In this document: positions 12,412 to 25,073 of the stretch, one piece after another
Layout: every line of letters starts with the position of its first letter
Position numbering within the stretch: the stretch's first letter is position 1
Assembly (NCBI GenBank): GCA_040143965.1
Contig: JASJQH010000016.1
Span: 1-51,258 of the forward strand
DNA: 51,258 nucleotides
DNA from: Basidiobolus ranarum
Lineage: Eukaryota
Direction of reading: 5' to 3'
The notes under the pieces: model-generated
Databases searched by the model: none
What the model was told of the DNA's origin: nothing
The model's input: the letters and a program-made list of their open reading frames with translations, nothing else
Position numbers and translations under genes: made by a program

Positions 12412-15400
12412 ATGAAAACTTCAAAAAGCAAATGCGGAGAAACATTGACTAATCCCGATGCCATTTTTGATTCCTCTACTTCAAACATTGTAAATACTCG
12501 TAAACATAACAACAAGTCCACCGCAGCTTCCCAAACAAAAAATACCTTTACAAATGCCTTTAACGCTTTGTTCGGTAGATCTCGTTCTACAACGTCCCGT
12601 AAATCCACACCGGATAAAGAACCCCCCAATTCTCCGAAACAGCCTGCCGTGATGGATCTCAATGTGACTGGTTCACCTAGTGCTTCACACGCGAGCTCAC
12701 CTGAAGTGTTCAGTTCGTCTATTGATCACATCAGTGGTACTTTTACTGGCTCAAACTCAAGCCAAAACCTTTCTCAAAGCCTATCACAAATACTTGAATC
12801 AGATGGATCTAGGCCTACTTCTACTTTATCTGCCCCTCATGCTTTTCGCCCTCGTTCATCTTCCATGAGCGCTATTAGTACGGAGACAAAAAGCTTATGC
12901 AACAGTCCTAGGGATAGTCTAGCGGGTAGTATAGTATTGAAAGAAGGCTATCTTAACAAAAAAGCGGATACATATCAGAGCGGCGCGATTGGATTAGGAC
13001 GTGGATGGAAGGTTTATCGCGTGGTACTTAAGGGGGCCAAACTTTACTTCTACAAACCTCCAACTGAGAACGAGATCAGAAGCATTTTTCCTTTATCTAA
13101 AAATGGCCGGCCTCTCACTATCTCTGAATCAGTGGAGGTTTCTCCCAAAAAATTGCCCGTGTTTAATCGCTCCTCTCATGTAAGCAAGGGCTTAAGACTT
13201 GTAAGTTCTTCATTTGCTTCCTCTACACGTGCTTTACTTTTTGAGCCTACCTCCGATATTTCCAATGACCCCTTTCTTAATCCCATTTATAATCTTGGAG
13301 GCTCTTCGTTATCGTCTCGGTATTATTTTGGTGAGTGTTTCACTGAGGTAGACTCCACCAATTTTCGCTTTAAAAGATATGTCTGCCTCTTAATATTTGA
13401 AGATGTCTTAATGATATGCAAAAGAAAGTGGGTAAAGCATCATCGAAATAGCTTACTAGACGTGGTGAATGACGCTATTCGACTCGCTGGTGGCAGTGGA
13501 GCTGTCACATCCGATTCATTTCTTCAAAGCGAGGACAAGGCATTCCAACAAGGAAAAGGTTATTTTACCAAGTGGAAGCATGATACAACTTATCCTTTGG
13601 ATTCTATTGATATAATCGAAGCCTCATCGACATCTTTCATACGCTCCAGTGAGAAATCGCAGCACACTTCCAATCGAACAACTATATTCCCGCATTACAA
13701 TAGTTCTGTTCCATCCATCGATATTGATCATGCTGGAAGTAATACTCAAGCAATTCAAATTTTCGTTGGTGGGCACAGTTCTGTTAAAAGACTCTTTGTT
13801 GCCAAGGCAGATGAAGAGCAGAACTGGCTTTACAAATTCAATTCTGCTAAATCCTCACTCTCCCGAAAATCCTCTAAAGTGAGAAAGAGCGAAGACCACC
13901 AAAACTCCTGCTTCAGTATTAGCCGTACTAATCTCAGTAATACTAGTATACACAAGGATGAATCTAAGCTTCGTTCACAAAAGAGCGATCCCATCATTCG
14001 TGGGCGTTTATATTGGGATACTCAAATACATCCGGAGTTAGTGACATGCCTAACAGTATCTCCTGATGGAGAATCAAAGTATACTAAAATAACAGGAGGT
14101 TCGGTAGATTCACTTATTCATGAATTGTTATTCCAGAATACACAGAGCGAAAACCCTAATGTCAGCGATTGTGATTGGTTTACGGATGCTTTTCTGGCTA
14201 CCTATACCCGTTTCACTACCTCCATCCATTTTGCTCAAGAATTGCGACGATGTGCCATAATGGGTGTGCCGGAAGAGTTGGAAGTTGCAGCAGATGGCCA
14301 GAGTCTTTTGGTTTTAAATAGACTAGAAGAAGTACTTACCAAATGGATCACCCAGCCTAACGATAATATTGATCGAGAGACTCTTAAAGCCATTGAAGCT
14401 ATTGCCAACGACCTCCTTGTGAAAAATGAAAATTTTGTGGTTGAAGAATTTATGAGCTTGCTTCAAACATCGAAAACTAAACTCGACTCTACAAGCCAAA
14501 AGGAGTCCTTAAATATGAGTCCCCTGGTCACCACTTCCGAAGGAAATCACCTTAACTATCTTGCTAAAGATTTTACATCGTTGAAAAGATCCGGGTTTTC
14601 TCCTACTATTTTCTTGAAGATTTCAGCTGAGGATTTTGCTCAAGAGCTATACGTATTTCACACTAGATGTAAAGCCTGTCTTGTTTCCCAGACTCTCTCT
14701 TTGAAAGGTTCTCTGCTTAAAACCTCAAATGCTAACACTAGTGCCACTAGCTCGCCCTTCTCGGGTATTGCTAGCGTTTTCTGGTTTACTGTATCTGAAC
14801 CTCATTTCCTCACAAAGTTGATATATAACCATCTAATCACTAATGCACAGTCTATGCATCCTTCGCGTCGTAGTGCCATTTTGGCTCATTGGATTCGCGT
14901 GGCCGAGGCTTGTAAAATTTTGGGAGATATGGTATCTTGGGTTGCCATTGCCTTTGCTGTTTGCTCTCCAATCGTTGTTAGATTGCGAGAAACATGGAAA
15001 GGCATTGACAAAAGGATGTGCTATAAAGTCATGCATGAGTGGGCGCCTGCTCTATTTGCAAGCGGGCTTTACGCTACTGAAATACCAATCGTACCAAATG
15101 TGGAAGAAATATTATCTGAACTTGCCATTGGACCAGGCTCTGCCCATCAAATCCCATATTTTGGTGGCATACGGGTGATCGTAGATAGAATTGAAATGGT
15201 TGTTCCACCGGCAATCCCTGGCACTAGCGTCATCAACTTTTGTAAATATCAGGATATTTATAGCATTGTCGATCATACTTTAACAACCTGGGGTCACTTT
15301 ATTCAGAATTCGGAATCCAAAGATACTCTATCTGGTACTTTCGCACTTCAGAACTACTTCGACCATCTTTTGCTTGATGAAGATGCGCCTCTAGATTTTG

Positions 15401-18400
15401 ACTTTACCCAGGGATTTTTGGCATCTCTTGATTGTGAGCCAGTAGTGAACATTCGTCACTTGGAGAATAGTAACAATGGCTTAACAACCAGCAAGCCTGT
15501 GGCATATCAGCCTCTCAAATTTATACCACTCTTTTCGGAACAAACTTCGTTCTTGAATATGGTTGTCTGTGTCGAGCCTTTTGACTCTAACTTAGCAAAT
15601 GAAAAGTATTCGACGAGCCTTACTGATGCGCATACACCTGGTCTAAATATTCCAACTCGACATAGAATGGTCACCTCTACTAGCTTTTTTAAAGGAATAT
15701 CTTCCGCCTCGGAGTTAGCCCGCAAACGCACGCAATCCATGCCTTCTAACCAATACTCGAAAAGTTTGGATTCGGACAAGACCAGTTGGTGGGGAATAAT
15801 CCAAAAACCCAATGGCCCATCCTCTGCTTTATATACCCATGATGCATCCAACTTATCAAATCGCCAAGAATGCTTTTTACTATTGGACAATGGCGAGTTG
15901 ATATTTACTTTATATCAGATTCAAGTAGACAATCAGCGGAACACCTTCAATCTAGTAATCAAGGGTGGCTTAATTTATCACCTCATCGATGTTTTGTTGT
16001 TTGGTATCAAACAAAAAGAGCTTTCTCTCATTGATGTTGCTGGTGAGGCCTTCATCTTTGATGAAAGTGAGGAAGTTCTCTTCGACCAAGAAGAATACCT
16101 TTCGTACTTCTTTATGACGTTCAGAAGTTTCATCAGCCCAAGTGATTTTTTAACTCAGCTGCATCAAAGATACATTGAAATAGAAAGTGACCCAGTAGCC
16201 ACTGCATCAGCGTTGCATTCACCACCAACTTCGAAGTCTGAGGCTACATTATCTATCTTAAAGATTATTGAATACTGGATGAGAAATCATCATTATGATT
16301 TTGTTGATAGCCTTGAACTTAAAGACAGTGTGCTGGCGTTCTTCAACGAAATAGTCGAAAACGAGAGCTGCAGACGCAATGATTTAGAGTGCAATCAATC
16401 ACTCACTGCCGTCGAATCTTACGTCAGCTATATTATAAATTTCATGACCCTCTCTTCTCTCATCCCAATCTCCATACTCAATCAATACAAGTTGGTAGGG
16501 TCTTGGACACAACAAGAGATTCAGGACCGAAATCGGCATTTCTCTGAGAATACCAACCCATCCGAATCCATATTAGGGCTATTAACTTCTCAGACAACTG
16601 AAGATGACTCTGTTTCTGAGGATACCGAGCTCTCCATTCCAAGCATCGACGATTCTTCGGCGGAAAACCTTGTTTATGGTTTAAATGAATGTGCGCTAGA
16701 ACTTCTAAATCAGATATCCCTCCAGGACTGGGTATATGCTATCAATGATCTAGAATCTCAGCGATTGAATCCTTTAGCATGGTATCTGAAGAAAAAGCCA
16801 AACTCTGCGTTTGAAGAAGAAACAACTTTCGCTGATATTTTCTTGTCTCTCGATAACTGTCGACATACCGTTTTCACTGCTACCAGTCCTGCATCAAACT
16901 TCAATCTCCTCTCGTCACTTCCAAGCAGTATATCTGCCTTTTGTCATTTACGAGAAGCGATTAAACAATGGATTATATCGGAAATCACTTCATTCTCCAT
17001 TGATTCCAACCTGCGAGCCTCTCGGATTGTGAAGTTTGTCAATATGATCTCTATGTGCCATGATGAAATGTCTGGCTATGGGATTGAGAAACTCGAGATG
17101 TTCAAAGACAAGTTTCTTTTCCAACCTGCCAAATCACAAATGATAATTCCCTCTTTCGTTGAAAGAGCAATCATTAGTGCTCTAGTCGCCCCTGAAAGTC
17201 GAACCTTTACAAAAGCATGGAACGATGCTGCGAGAATTTTAGGAAAACCGGTAGATTCAATTCAGACTTTCTTAAATCATAAACTTTCCAAAAATACTCG
17301 AGACTCTATTGCCGCAAATTGCAATGGTTCATCCTCAAAACCCGCTGGACTCGTACCTTGCATCGGATGGATCATAGAAAGTATATTGGATGTACAATAC
17401 AATGTGCCAGATCGGCTTCTCTCCTCTAAACGAATGGTCAATTTCGAAAAAGGAATCTTGATATACGAGCTTGTTCAGTCATTTATTCGATGGCCGTTAA
17501 CCTGTCCCAAAACTGAGAACCCTAACTCGATTAATATGATGTTCTTACTTTCTCGTCATTTACTTCCGAATAACCCGGAGCTTCGTTTTATTAAAGAATT
17601 TTCTACTAAAGAGAATTCTAAACCAAGAAACTCCTCCAATGCACATCCTAATAACGTTGTTCAAAATCGAAAGGTTTTCCCACGACTAATCCTCTCTGAA
17701 CAAGAGAAACTTAAGCGAGATTTCAGAGAAAGAGAAAAATTGGAACGAGAGGCACGAGAACGACAACATGATATTCAACGTCGAATTAACGAAGAAGCAA
17801 GGGTGAAAGAGAAACGAATGAAAGAACGTCAACAACGTAGAGCTAAAACAAAGGAACTTGAGAAGATGACCAATCTTTTCAAATCTGTCCATTCACCCCA
17901 TATAGGAACTTCCAAAACACATACCGTAGATGCGTCACCTACAACACTCACCCTTCCATCTACTCCCACCACCGTTCGCTCAAAAAGCACAAATTCGCCA
18001 TCTTCAAATCATGTATCGTCTAATCTACTGTCCAAGTTCCCGGTCACCAGACCCTCTTTGGCTGTGAATCTAATTAACTCTTCAATCACCATTGAACACT
18101 CTCGTGCCAAACGCGATCATGTGTTTAAAATTGTCTCAGAAGAGGGATGTCAATACTTACTTCAAGCTATCGATCGTCAGGATATGCTAGGCTGGGTTAA
18201 AGCTATTACCGATGCGGCGAAAGAAGGAGCGGCCCGAAGATTTACTGTTTTAGTTGAAGATGCCAGAAAAGAAATGGCCATTCAAAGCTCTAATCGATCT
18301 TCCTACTCTGTTATTGAAAAATCTAGCAAGGATATTTCCTTGACGCATAAGGAAAGATCATCTGGTATAGTTTTTTTATACATTTGTATATGATGAAATC

Positions 18401-19393
18401 GGCTCTAATCAATGCTTAATAGTGTTTGGCGTGGAACTTTCTGCATTGATGAAGCATGAACAAGGTGACTATTCCTTACCAGTATTAGTTGAAAAATGTC
18501 TTTGGGAGGTCGAAGAGCGAGGTAATAATTTATTTCTCATTGCCCCTCTCTTGACTTTTAACTTAATTATATTCAATAAGGATTGTGTGAAGTCGGTATA
18601 TATCGTATTTCTGGAATGGCCTCTGCCATCGAACAACTTCGCCAGAGATTCAACAAAGGTATAATTGAAAATCCCCATGACTTCCGATATGTGAGCCATG
18701 TTTTTAATCCTACTATTTTTAGACTGTGAAGCAGTTGATTTATCCGGTGAAGAATGGGGAGATATCAATATAGTCTCAGGTGTTTTGAAACAATGGCTAC
18801 GCGAACTACCAGAACCAGTGCTCACATTCGATCTCTATGATGACTTCATCACTGCTGCTGGTATGTTTTTTAGAATTCTATTTTTAACCATTGTTACTCA
18901 CATCTGTGTGCCTCAGCTATTGAAGACTACGACACTCGGCTAATTGCAATTAAGAACCTCGTCACCGCACTACCCAGGCCCAACTATGTACTTCTGAAAA
19001 GATTAACTGAGCATCTTGAGATGTATGAGATTTGTATATATCCATCATCGCTCTCTAATTCGCAATTCTAATGAAACTAATTTTAGGGTTACCGACTATG
19101 AAGACGTGAATCATATGTACGCCTCAAATCTTGCTATTGTATTTGGACCCACATTAATCCGACCACCGTCCGGACCGTTGTGCTTTGCCACCTCGATGGC
19201 AAATCTTGGTCAGCAACAAGCAATAGTCAAAAATTTGATATTACAATACCATTGGATCTTTGATGTGGAAAGGGAAGTTGAACAACAAAGTAGTCCTAAA
19301 CAAAGCCCCTTGGGAACACTTGAGGAAGTGGAGTGTGAAGCAATCGAGAACTCTACCGAAAATGATCAACAATCGACCCCCACAGACCTGTAG
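12412..19393 (+). CDS. Large PH / RasGEF_N-RasGEF / PH / RhoGAP protein (Bem2-like architecture); one ~5.95-kb first exon plus 5 short RhoGAP exons
   Basis: REM-like motifs (GGSVDSLIHELL...FLATYTRFTT; GGLIYHLID...FFMTFRSFISP) and CDC25-like motifs (RRSAILAHWIRVAE, IPYFG, VPCIG, MVNFEK). The RhoGAP region has VFGVEL, GIYRISG (arginine finger), LKQWLRELPEP and NLAIVFGPTL. Confidence 0.9.
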
Positions 19394-19754
19394 ACCATTT
19401 CTCAAGAGAGAATCCGATGATATTACCATACAATGTTGGGGGTTGTTCGATTTGAGCTGTGCTTTGTATTACCTCCGAATTTTCTTTGTCAATATTTGTA
19501 ATGATTAATCAATTTCATAGTTTTTGTCAGATTCAAATCACCTCATTTTAATAACCCTAACCCTGTACACTTGTAATAACACTTATAACTAAAAATATTC
19601 CAAGTATTAATGATGTTCTGAGCCAATTGTACAACCCGCTGATAACACACTTATAGGCACGCGATCCAAACCGCGCAATTGATAAGTAAAGTAGCCCGAT
19701 GTCCATTATATATATCATTGTCTGCTCCATGCAATATCCTACATACAACTCTGA

Positions 19755-19844
19755 CCAAAAGTCAAAGCTAACCAAGTCAACAATCAGAACAGTTAAACTA
19801 GCCAAAAGTCAAAGTCAACAATCTAAACAGCTAAACTAGCCAAA
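19755..19844. repeat. Imperfect direct repeat (2 copies of ccaaaagtcaaag...tcaacaatcNNaacagYtaaactagccaaa)
   Basis: Near-identical ~40-bp units at 19755-19801 and 19802-19844, in intergenic DNA. Confidence 0.7.
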
Positions 19845-20372
19845 TACCTGAAATCCAAATAGAAATCAAGGTTAAATCAATGTTTATTCACTTATTGGAC
19901 CATCTCATACTTAGTCTAATATATATTATTGTATATCAAGGCAAGTGATCCCATGACTGATGCAGTGTTGTAAGAGAGAAGCGAAAGTTGTTTCGAACTT
20001 ACCACGTATCTTAATACAATATTGCTGATGCATATCTCTGTTATTAGTGTGCGTAAGCATGGAATCTATAAGACTCTGCTACCTTACTCACGATCAATGT
20101 CGAAAACTAAAAAAACTAGTGATTAATGTTAAGTTGAAAAATTTTATTGGATTTATTTGAGGAGTGAAATAACCATCTACTAAAAAAGCCTAAGAAATTG
20201 TTTATTCAATGAACAGTTGTTATTTGGTGTACCCTCTTTAAGTTCCTTTAGTCGGGTATATCCTTTGGGACTTAATATTATTTATTCCACTTTTCTTGTT
20301 ACTTGACCACGTCATTTTAGTTCTGGTTGTTACGGGTTAGAAGATCTCCAATAGAATTGGTTGAGCTCAACT

Positions 20373-23331
20373 ATGTCTGAACATGAGGTACCTTTAACAG
20401 TGAGCTGGTGAAGATTTAGTTGTCTTGGATTAACCACATGTTGTTTTTTCACTCCCCTCTCCTAGTATCTCGTGAAACGTTGCATACCTTTACTGCTCGT
20501 GAACCAACTGAAAGCTTGCATTCGAAGTTTTAATGAAATAACTGGTTCCCATCTTAGAATTAGTGGAAACAAAGGAGAGTTAATTCAAAGAATACAGCAA
20601 TTTGTAGAAGAAAAACATTACCAGGGAAATAGCGAAGACTATGATCTCGTGAAACAAATCGTACTAACTCATTTTGGAAGGTATCTCATCTAACTTTTAT
20701 TTCTTCTTTATTAAATATTCTTGGGTTAACCAAAGTCATCATACAGAGCGTTACCTATATTTGAACGTTCGGGTTCAGTTGTAAATTCTACTCCAACCAA
20801 AGCTATTCCCCCTCAACGATCCGGGGAGAAACCTATTTTAAATAGTAGGATCAGCTATTCAAACTCCAACGATCGTATACTTCCCTTCAATCCAAACACG
20901 AAGAAAAATCCCGCGGAATTAGGATTCATTTTCAAACCAAGTCCTTTCTATGACATTGTTGAGATGGTGTCTGAAATCAAAGTATGTCATGGTATGTTAT
21001 CGCTCTTTATAAAACGTTCATCTGATTGCAATCACAGTGTATTGATGAAATTATTATTACTCAGAAGTGCAAGAAAAAGCTTCGTTAGTTTGCCTGGACT
21101 TCCAATTAAAAAAGCATCATATTTCTCAGCTTCAACAGCAAAGGTTGGTGTTATTCCTTCAAAAGAGAATGAAGTATGATGTACTGAATTGTTAATATTT
21201 TATGACTTTTTAGTTCAAACTTTGGTCTAATGTTATTTGGGTGTGCGTACGACGAGTCAATTGAAGAAACCTCAAATTCTCCGTCACTTGTAGAGTTTCC
21301 TCAAATGTGCGAAGTCAAAGTAAATACAACGGTGTTGCAGGCAGTATGTTAAATGTTGGATATATACATGCATCTATATCTTAGCACTTTGACTAATATT
21401 AATTTCACCTAATCTCTTAGAGCCTACGGGGACTCAAAAATAAGCCTGGGACGGTAAACCCTCCGGACATCACTGACCTTTGTAATTTGGATGTATTTTC
21501 TACCAACAAAATCGATTTTATGTATGCCAATACGTCGAAGGTATAGTTTTGATTTTATATGCAAATAGTTTAGACATATCTTTGACATCATTTACTATAG
21601 AAATATGTTCTTATGGTTGAAATGGTCAAGAAACATTCAGTAGATTCTTTAATTAATACTATCAAAGAAAGTAGACGAATGTCCAAGGATGAAGTTTTAC
21701 AGCGCAGTTAGTAATTAATGTGTGTACCATATATGACGATCCCAAACTTAGTATTCTTCTTTATTAGTTAAACGCGAAAACGAAGACACCGATATCATTG
21801 CAACTTCTAGTGTTGTATCTCTGAAATGTCCGGTACTACTTTTTTCAATTGATCTATCGCGTCTAGACGTTGTTGACTTACTTTGTTCTTGAAACTATTA
21901 GTTGAGTTATCAACGAATCAAACTGCCGTGTCGGTCTACACTATGTCCACATATTCAATGTTTTGACGGATTAACATTCTTCAGGATGAACGAGCAGACT
22001 CCCACTTGGACTTGCCCAACCTGCAACCGTTCATTAGAGTCATGGGATACCATTGTGATCGATGGGTTCGTATTGGTGTGCTTCATCTAGATCCCTTTAG
22101 ATATACAACTAACATGACATCCTCTGCATAGTTATTTTGAAGACATTCTTCAGAAAGTTCCCGAAGATATTGAAAGTATTATTGTAGAACCTAATGGAGA
22201 CTGGTCCATCCAGGAAAATAAGAGCAAGAACACCGTGGATTCGGACACAAACTCTTTGGATTCCTTGTCAAATTCCAGCGAGCCTACAACAACTGGGTCT
22301 AAAAAACGCAAAGTGGAAGTTATAGATCTAACACTGGAAAGTGACAGTGAGGGGGAAGAAGAAACACACAAAAGGCTGAAGCGTTCTGAGAGCGTCTCTA
22401 CCTCTACGGCTCCATTAAGTCGGCGATTTCCCAATCTTTCGGAAATTGCTATCTCTAACCAAATCACTCCTAACTTGGAGTCGAGATCATCAATGATATA
22501 TCCGAATCGTTCGGAAATAGAAACATACAGAATAAATCCCATAGAGAACTCCATTTCAGAGGATCGAGGCATCTTCTCAGGCCGACATGGTATTTTGAAA
22601 ATTCAGTTTAAGTCTGCTGCTTCTGATTGTTTACCTTCAAACCCCTATATTGTTTAGAAAACCGAGACAACTTGAACGAAAGTATACGGGGAATCACTTC
22701 CATGGCGATATCCTCGCCTATCCCGGACTCTGGATTAGGTTATATGTATAATACACATGCGCCCAATCTTCAGTTGACCGCCCCTTTTGTTCCCCCAAAC
22801 AGCAACATGCCTCCTGTTCAGCCAAGAAGCGAGCAACTAAGTTCCGAAGGTTTTGTAGACTCTCGTAGTCTCTCACCCATAGCTCACCCACCCACTTCTG
22901 TTGCTCTCCGAAGGACGCCAGCAGATCAAATGCAGATTGAGAGGTTGTCCCCATTGGCTTACGGGGACAGTAATTACGAACACAACATTTACAATTCACA
23001 TAGATATGGTACATCTAATGCCTTGCCTCAGGTTGCCGATTACAGAGGTGTTCCTTCATACATGCCTGATATTTCCAGATATCAGCATCCCAAATACTAC
23101 TCACAGATGATGCCGCCGGAGAATGCCAGAAGCTCTCCACATTATCCTGATCGTAGTCGGGAGAACTCTATACTCAAGATACCTGAGGAACAGTTCCCTT
23201 CTCAATACTCACGCTCAGGGCATCATCGCCAACTGCCTGATCAATATCATTTCAGTCGACCGGAAAGTATGGAAATGAATCAGGATCCTGAAGAGCATCA
23301 TACTCGCGAGTATGCCTCTTATTCACATTAG
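20373..23331 (+). CDS. SIZ1: SUMO E3 ligase of the Siz1/Pli1/PIAS family (SAP-like, PINIT, SP-RING, SIM); multi-exon
   Basis: SAP-like LRISGNKGELIQRI; PINIT motif LRGLKNKPGTVNPPDIT; SP-RING SLKCP-LSYQRIKLPCRSTLCPHIQCFD...WTCPTC; SIM KVEVIDLTLESDSEGEEE; S/P/Y-rich tail. Confidence 0.93.
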
Positions 23332-23732
23332 CGAAATTCTTAGCCACTTCCCCTCCTCACATAATAATCATTGGTCTATCGACGACGAGAGAGACGACCA
23401 AATATCGTATTTATTATAGAATAACAGTTAGAGTGTCCAGTATTAGTCAATCTTCCTCTCATCACGCCACCTTTCTATCCACCTCACTCAATTCGCGCAA
23501 ATATTCTTTTTACCAATATTTCTTGTATATTAATCTTCAACCTTTTCCTCATTGAAATGAACAAAACGCGCAGATAACCAGATTATTGCTAAAATGCTTT
23601 GAATTTTCCCCTTTTTCCAGCACTTTGTTTTTAATTGTATAGTTTCAATCACTCTAATACTTTTGTTTCTTTTCTTTAAAACTATATATAAAAGCAAAAT
23701 CCTGAATTTATGAAGGAATTGTAGGGTTGCAT

Positions 23733-24505
23733 CTAATGTTCTAGCTGATGAATCTTCTTGACTCTAATCGAATGATATTCGCCCAAGAAACTGCTATCGA
23801 GATAGGTATCAAGAATCTCTTTGGCCACATCTGGCTCAGTAGTACGGGATCCAATCGCTAGGATATTGGCATCGTTATGCTATTGTGGTGATATAGAAAT
23901 CAAGGATTAAAAAGATTGATGCAGTGCTGCACTATAGGAGAATCTACTCTAACCTGACGGGATAATTCGGCAGTATAATGATCATGACATAATGCGCACC
24001 GAACACCTGCTACCTTGTTGGCAGCAATAGACATCCCAATACCAGTGCCACATATCAGAAGACCAGCTTTAACCTCTACAATTGCACCATAGAAAAGCAA
24101 AAGTATATACTATTGAATAACACCACCCAATAACTTGAGTATAAATGATGTGTATTACCAGAACCAGTGGTTTCTTCGGTGACTTTTTGGCCCACTTCGG
24201 CAGCATTGTCGGGATAATCACACTGCATATTTAACCAAGATGAACAAGTGAAAGTATGTAATAACAGAACAACTACCATATACCTTTTTATCTTCACTCA
24301 CAGTTCCCAAATCTTCAACTTTAAATGTTTCCGAACTACGAGTTTTCTCAAGATATTCAACGAGTATCTTTTTTAAAGGGAAACCTATTCATATAGAAGT
24401 AGAATAAGTGAAAGTAGTGGGGTTTTTCTTCTTGATAATAAGAAAAGAAATACCGGCATGGTCTGAGGCAACATATAACGTTATGTTTTGACTTGACAAA
24501 GACAT
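23733..24505 (-). CDS. rpiB: Ribose-5-phosphate isomerase B (RpiB/LacA-LacB family), 5 exons
   Basis: Spliced motifs [55 protein letters not shown] and H..RVKKI. Confidence 0.95.
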
Positions 24506-25073
24506 TATGGACACTACAAAAGTCTGAAACAACCCCTACTGCTGTCTACTGAGGAGGTGTGTAAAGGATCTTTGCCAAGTAATTGAGGTGATTGTTCATA
24601 GAAAACCGGTATATGCTGATCTTACGTTATGTATTTCCCGATATGATGAGTACCTCCGCCACTTATCTCTGTCATCTATCCAGTATCCATCTGACTTCAT
24701 TCAAGTATTATACGGATTCATTCATCAGCAGGCAAGTTAAATGAGATCATTTAATAGAAATATTTTAATTGAGTTAGAAGAGGGGATATAGGTCTGTGTA
24801 CTAGAGAAGTGGGATGGAGCGGATTTTTTTGGCTTTTTTTTCTAGACATTTACTAATAGAAGAGTAATCGAATGACACATAAGAGACGGAGAAATTAAAT
24901 CATAAATCGGAAGGAATGCGGTGTAGAGTTTATGGGGAAAAAAACTCCAAGTTTTTTGTGCAAGAGATAAGACAACTATGTAAAGAAAACGAGTAAAACA
25001 AACGAGTAACTATAGGCGTTAAAACTGGCTAATCAGAACTCAAAAAGTAGTTACAATGTAAGGAGTGTTTCAT

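Noticed and set aside
19553-19685. TAACCC x2 telomere-like seed and a pogo-like TIR start (gtacaacccgctgataac)
   Set aside because: Only two telomeric units, and no partner inverted repeat or transposase was found.
20135-20145. RRPE-like TGAAAAATTTT upstream of SIZ1
   Set aside because: It is a low-complexity motif in AT-rich DNA, and the gene is not a ribosome-biogenesis gene.
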